DNA of 64,000 nucleotides from Candidatus Gastranaerophilales bacterium (GTDB lineage Bacteria; Cyanobacteriota; Vampirovibrionia; Gastranaerophilales; JAILCC01): NCBI GenBank assembly GCA_045598245.1, contig JAZLLQ010000020.1, positions 13,772 to 77,771 of the forward strand, read 5' to 3'. Shown piece by piece: positions 59,743 to 64,000 of this stretch (position 1 is its first letter; each line of letters starts with the position of its first letter). The notes under the pieces were generated by a model. It saw only the letters and a program-made list of their open reading frames with translations, ran no database searches and was not told where the DNA came from. The position numbers and the translations under genes were made by a program.

Positions 59743-60177
59743 ATGGAAAAAGCAAAAGATTTATTTGAAAAAGGTTATAATTGTTCTCAGTCAGTATTTT
59801 GTGCTTATTGTGAAAAAGTCGGAATTGATTTTAATACAGGTTTAAAATTAGCTTCGTCTTTTGGCGGCGGTATGGGAAGGCTTAGAGAAGTTTGCGGTGC
59901 GGTTAGTGCAATGTTTATGCTTGCGGGTTTAAAATACGGTTACACTTCATTTGATGATGATAAATTAAAAGAAGAGCATTATGCAAAAATTCAGAATTTG
60001 GCTGAAAAATTTAAAGATGAATTTGGCTCAATAATTTGCCGTGACTTGTTAAATGTAAAAAATGAGCCAATTTCGGCAAAGCCGACAAAAAGAACTGACG
60101 AATTTTACAAAGAAAGACCATGTGCAAGGTTTGTTGAATTTGCATCAAAACTTATAGAAGAAGAGTTGAAAAAGTGA
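59743..60177 (+). CDS. C-GCAxxG-C-C family putative redox protein
   Basis: GYNCSQSV, FGGGMG...VCGAVS, GSIICRDLL, PC. Confidence 0.92.
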   Translation: MEKAKDLFEKGYNCSQSVFCAYCEKVGIDFNTGLKLASSFGGGMGRLREVCGAVSAMFMLAGLKYGYTSFDDDKLKEEHYAKIQNLAEKFKDEFGSIICRDLLNVKNEPISAKPTKRTDEFYKERPCARFVEFASKLIEEELKK

Positions 60178-60192
60178 TTTTGGAGTAAAATA

Positions 60193-60589
60193 GTGCTAAA
60201 TTCAATTCAAAAAAATCCTCTCAAACTTCTCTTTTCATTATAGTTATTGCAATTTTTACTTATTTTTTCCCTGATTTGTTTTTCTGGGTTCAGGTTGACA
60301 GTTAAACTATTATTTTGGGAATAATCATGCTTACAATGGGAATGACATTATCCGCGAAAGATTTTCAAATTTTATTTCAAAGACCATTTGATATTTTAGT
60401 CGGTACGTTGGCACAATATACATTGATGCCTTTAATTGCATTTAGTCTTATACATTTATTGCATTTGCCGCAATTCCCTAAGCTGCAATAATATCTGCAG
60501 TTTCGTGTGTATGGCATTCGATTTCCGGAACTTTACTTGCCGGAGTTTTTAATTGGAAAGATAAATTTATTAATAAATATAAAAAATAA
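60193..60589 (+). pseudogene. Bile acid:sodium symporter (BASS) pseudogene with frameshifts and a large internal deletion
   Basis: Fragments ILGIIMLTMGMTLSAKDF...GTLAQYTLMPLIAF and, in another frame, AAIISAVSCVWHSISGTLLA. Confidence 0.8.
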
Positions 60590-60657
60590 TAATAGATAAT
60601 AACAAATTATTTTTTTTGCTGTGTTAATATGAAAGTAATACTAAACCGGTATGTATA

Positions 60658-61062
60658 ATGAAAATAAATTCTGTTTCAAATCAAAATTTCGGAAGATGCA
60701 GGCTTGTTGATCCTTTACAAATGTACAAGCTGATTTCAAAGTCATTGCCAAAGCAAGATTTAGATGTATTTACCAGGGAAATTGACGGCTTGGTAAAATA
60801 TGTTCACGAAAGAACCCCGTTTTTATCTGGTTATGAAGTTCGTTTACATAATATACCTGACAGTAAATGCGGTTTAAATTTGCCGTCATATTTTATTGAA
60901 TTAGGGAAAAATGAACGCTTTTTATGTAGTGAAAATATTCCGTATAGACCTAATTCAATTCAAGGGAATGAACCGTTTAATTATGAAAAGTCATCTGAAC
61001 TTTTAGCCAGAGAAGTAAACAAATTAAAAGAAATGTTTTCGAAGAGTTTTTTAAATGATTGA
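60658..61062 (+). CDS. Hypothetical protein with N-terminal ...QNFG motif
   Basis: 134-aa ORF ending at a bidirectional hairpin (61090-61121). Confidence 0.65.
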   Translation: MKINSVSNQNFGRCRLVDPLQMYKLISKSLPKQDLDVFTREIDGLVKYVHERTPFLSGYEVRLHNIPDSKCGLNLPSYFIELGKNERFLCSENIPYRPNSIQGNEPFNYEKSSELLAREVNKLKEMFSKSFLND

Positions 61063-61171
61063 TTTTTTTAAACAATTATTAAAATAATAAAAAATCCCAA
61101 GTATTTATGCTTGGGATTTTTAGTATTGTTCTTAGTATTTAGATATCTGTCGGTAACTTTTATATTTTTGA

Positions 61172-62200
61172 CTAGGTTTCATCATCATCACCTGTATCTT
61201 TTTCAAGTGCTTTGTCTATTAATGTTGAAACTCTCTGACAGTACTCATTACCATCCCGATAATCGCTTAGTTTGGGCAATTCAATATTATATTCACGTAT
61301 ATATTTTAAATCTTCAGAAACACTTGCAATACTTTCATTATGAGCAGCTTCGCAAGCAAATTCAAAATTATCTTTATTTAAGCGGCTTAAAAATTGGTTA
61401 GCTGTTCCGCACGAAATTCTGCATAATCTTTCGGTAATGCCAGATATTTCTTCAACATTGTCAGGTGTCATTAATGATAGTAAATTTACCAAAGGTTTTA
61501 CCCCGTACATATCGTTATATTGTGCTACCAATGATTGAATATTCTCAAATACGGTTTTATTTTTATCCGCATAATTTAATTTTTCAACAAGTTTACTTCT
61601 GTGCTTAATTAAAGCAGGACATTTTGCAAAGTAACTTAGTAGGAATGAGAATTTTTCTCCTTTTGTATTTTTGTTGCCTGTCATATTTTTTTCGATGTAT
61701 GCTAAAACAGAATCGGAAAGTTTATCCGGTGTAAATAACTCCAATTCTTTTTGTGCATTATCAGAAACAGAACCACTCATATTATCAGCAACAAAGTATT
61801 GTATATCCTTTGATTTACCGCTTAATGCTTTAAAGTATGTTGTAATATTTTTAGCATCCATATCACTGACCTTGGATACTTCATTAGGGTCAGTTAAAAT
61901 TAATTTTAAAAGTTCTGATTTGCTTAATTTTGTTTTAAAACTTTTAATTGCTTGCATCATTTCCGTAATTTCATCTTTGGTGACAAAACGTATTCTTCCG
62001 TTTTCATTTTTTGCATCAAGCAGCATTTTTTTGCATTTTTGCTCTTCTGTTAACGGTTTATATGCCCCGAAACTCGGTATTTGCATGTTTTTTTGAATTT
62101 GTAAGTTTTGTTGATTTACGGTATTTTGAGATTTTGAATGTATGGCTCCTGATTTTGCGGTGCTTTCAAAGTTAATATTGTAGTTGTTTCCTATTTGCAT
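61172..62200 (-). CDS. Hypothetical protein with N-terminal ...INFES / PSFG motifs
   Basis: AAGGA RBS before the ATG at 62200. Confidence 0.75.
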   Translation of the reverse strand: MQIGNNYNINFESTAKSGAIHSKSQNTVNQQNLQIQKNMQIPSFGAYKPLTEEQKCKKMLLDAKNENGRIRFVTKDEITEMMQAIKSFKTKLSKSELLKLILTDPNEVSKVSDMDAKNITTYFKALSGKSKDIQYFVADNMSGSVSDNAQKELELFTPDKLSDSVLAYIEKNMTGNKNTKGEKFSFLLSYFAKCPALIKHRSKLVEKLNYADKNKTVFENIQSLVAQYNDMYGVKPLVNLLSLMTPDNVEEISGITERLCRISCGTANQFLSRLNKDNFEFACEAAHNESIASVSEDLKYIREYNIELPKLSDYRDGNEYCQRVSTLIDKALEKDTGDDDET

Positions 62201-62296
62201 ACTGTGTCCTTTCGTTATAGTGTTATGCAAATATATGAAAATAAAACGGAAAAAAGTTTGCTATTTTCTGTGTTATTTATTTAGAAATATTAAAAC

Positions 62297-63193
62297 TTAT
62301 TCGTAGTGCTTTTTACCAATTTGAACACTTGTTACGTAAAAAATTTCACAAGCTCCGCCTGCACCATCATCCTTGGACGCACCTCTTGATTGAGGATTAT
62401 TATCTCCTCTTGATAAACTTGTATATGAAGTGTATCCGGACGGCTGTATAATATCAACCAGGTACCCGTCGAGTTTTACGGTATCCCATTTGTTTAATCG
62501 CAAAAGTGCCGATGCTACATTATCCGTTGCGGGAATAATATGATTATGAGAAATATGACTTGTTATATAATCGCTTGATACGCTATTTTTAGGTAATTTC
62601 CAGCTGAATTTCAAGGCTCTTGCCTGTCCTAATGTTTTTTGGGAACTGAACTTAAAATATTTTTTTAAAAAAGATTTATCGGCAATATCTCCCCATGCTA
62701 TCCCAAAATCAAGCGGTACGACTTCATCAAAATCGTTTTGCATAATTTCTCTGAGCCAAAAGTTTGTATTTTTCGCAACTATAATACCCGTTAATGAATA
62801 TTCTGCTTGAGCCAATAGAAGTCGGTATTTTTTACCGCTATTAATTTCTATTTGCTTTGGCGTTTTTAAGTTAGTTTGAATTGCTTCTCCCGGTAATGTA
62901 GCAGGTTCTTTTATCGCTGAAACTTTAGGTATAAAATGGGAAATTTGGTAGCTTACATCACCTAAAAATGAGTATATTAATGCTGAAATTACAATTATTG
63001 TACATATCTGTCCTATCTTGTACTCGGGTCTGTCTTTCAAATAATCATTACGGGAAATTTTATTTTTTTTAGTTGTAGTACTATCATTTTCTCCGTTTCC
63101 CAAATGCTTATTACAATGCTTACAAAAAATCGCACTTTCAATAACAAGTTTTCCGCAATATGGACATTTTTTATAGCCGTCAAAATTTTTCAA
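62297..63193 (-). CDS. Zinc-ribbon + TM + conserved uncharacterised exported domain
   Basis: CPYC...CKHC; PLDFGIAWG, SHNHIIPA, GYLV, GACEIFYV. Confidence 0.75.
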   Translation of the reverse strand: MKNFDGYKKCPYCGKLVIESAIFCKHCNKHLGNGENDSTTTKKNKISRNDYLKDRPEYKIGQICTIIVISALIYSFLGDVSYQISHFIPKVSAIKEPATLPGEAIQTNLKTPKQIEINSGKKYRLLLAQAEYSLTGIIVAKNTNFWLREIMQNDFDEVVPLDFGIAWGDIADKSFLKKYFKFSSQKTLGQARALKFSWKLPKNSVSSDYITSHISHNHIIPATDNVASALLRLNKWDTVKLDGYLVDIIQPSGYTSYTSLSRGDNNPQSRGASKDDGAGGACEIFYVTSVQIGKKHYE

Positions 63194-63215
63194 AATAACA
63201 ATCCTATATCAGAGT

Positions 63216-64000
63216 CTAACTATTTAACCCTGTTATCAGCAATATCAAAAATATAATGGGAAGAATATATTTTGATGCAATAACAAATAATTTGTTCATA
63301 AATTGTGATTTGAATATTTCATTGTTTGCCATATTTAATAACCATCCTACAGCAAGGCAAATAATTAATGTATTTAGCGGCATGAATATATTTGAGCTTG
63401 TAAAATCAAACAGTTCAAATAACGTTTTTCCGAAAATTTTCATTCCATTTAGCACACCAAATGAAAGAGCAACGGGTGTGGAAAGTGCAGCAACGCATAA
63501 TGTAATTAATAGCGTAGCTTTTTTTCTTTTCATTTTAAAATTATCAATGAACGAAGCAACTGCAACTTCTACTATGCTTATACCTGATGTTAATGCTGCA
63601 AAAAACAAAAGGAAGAAAAACCCCAATGCAATCCAACTTCCGCACTGCATTTGCGTAAATACCTGTGGTAAAGTGATAAAGACGAGTCCTGCACCTGCAG
63701 TCGGTTCTAATCCAAATGAGAAAACTGCGGGGAAAATCATTACTCCTGCCAAAATGGCAAAAATTGCATCTGCGATAATTATTGAATATGCACTTTTTAA
63801 AATGCTGTCATCCTTTTTTAAATAACTGCCATAAGTTAAAATTGCGCCCATACCTATGCTAAGAGTGAATAATGCTTGCCCTAAAGCCATTAAAAGCATT
63901 GAAAAATTTATTTTTGAAAAATCAGGATTAAAAATAAAATCCAAACCTGCTTGTGCATTTGGCAATTGCAATGTAACAATCGTTAATACTACAAGTATAA
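63216..64000 (-). CDS. Sodium-dependent transporter (NSS/SNF family), C-terminal part
   Basis: GQALFTLSIGMG..LTYGSYL, GAGLVFITLP, AALTSGIS; the frame is open to the window edge. Confidence 0.93.
   Translation of the reverse strand, partial: ILVVLTIVTLQLPNAQAGLDFIFNPDFSKINFSMLLMALGQALFTLSIGMGAILTYGSYLKKDDSILKSAYSIIIADAIFAILAGVMIFPAVFSFGLEPTAGAGLVFITLPQVFTQMQCGSWIALGFFFLLFFAALTSGISIVEVAVASFIDNFKMKRKKATLLITLCVAALSTPVALSFGVLNGMKIFGKTLFELFDFTSSNIFMPLNTLIICLAVGWLLNMANNEIFKSQFMNKLFVIASKYILPIIFLILLITGLNS

Overview
AT-rich bacterial chromosome segment. It most likely comes from a non-photosynthetic Cyanobacteriota relative (Vampirovibrionia/Gastranaerophilales); this is inferred from gene style and content, not from a marker-gene analysis. 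Housekeeping genes include folC (partial, missed by the ORF track), lipA, lpdA, purH, rpsL-rpsG, rpsF-ssb-rpsR, pth, cysS, two tandem tmk-like genes, ctpA, a menA-like gene, nnrD, a lipoate ligase, topA, dprA, ddh, nrnA, purB, tdk and tRNA-Pro(GGG), interspersed with many orphan genes. The best candidate for an undescribed system is a sigma28/FliA regulon, visible as five TAAA-N15-(G/A)CCGAT promoters. It drives a minimal flagellin, a 1066-aa flagellin with a GLUG-repeat insert, a TPR protein and two large signal-peptide-less Ca-binding proteins; one of the latter carries a thioredoxin fold plus a FrpC-type self-processing-module homologue with Ser-Pro in place of Asp-Pro. At least six unrelated orphans share an N-terminal M-x-[IVL]...[SN]-F-x motif that may be an export signal. 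Other oddities are tRNA-derived structured repeats on both sides of tRNA-Pro, a degenerate serine-recombinase domain fused to an HDOD domain, HLR1-like direct-repeat boxes, and a structured leader upstream of tdk. No CRISPR array, rRNA or intact transposase was seen.
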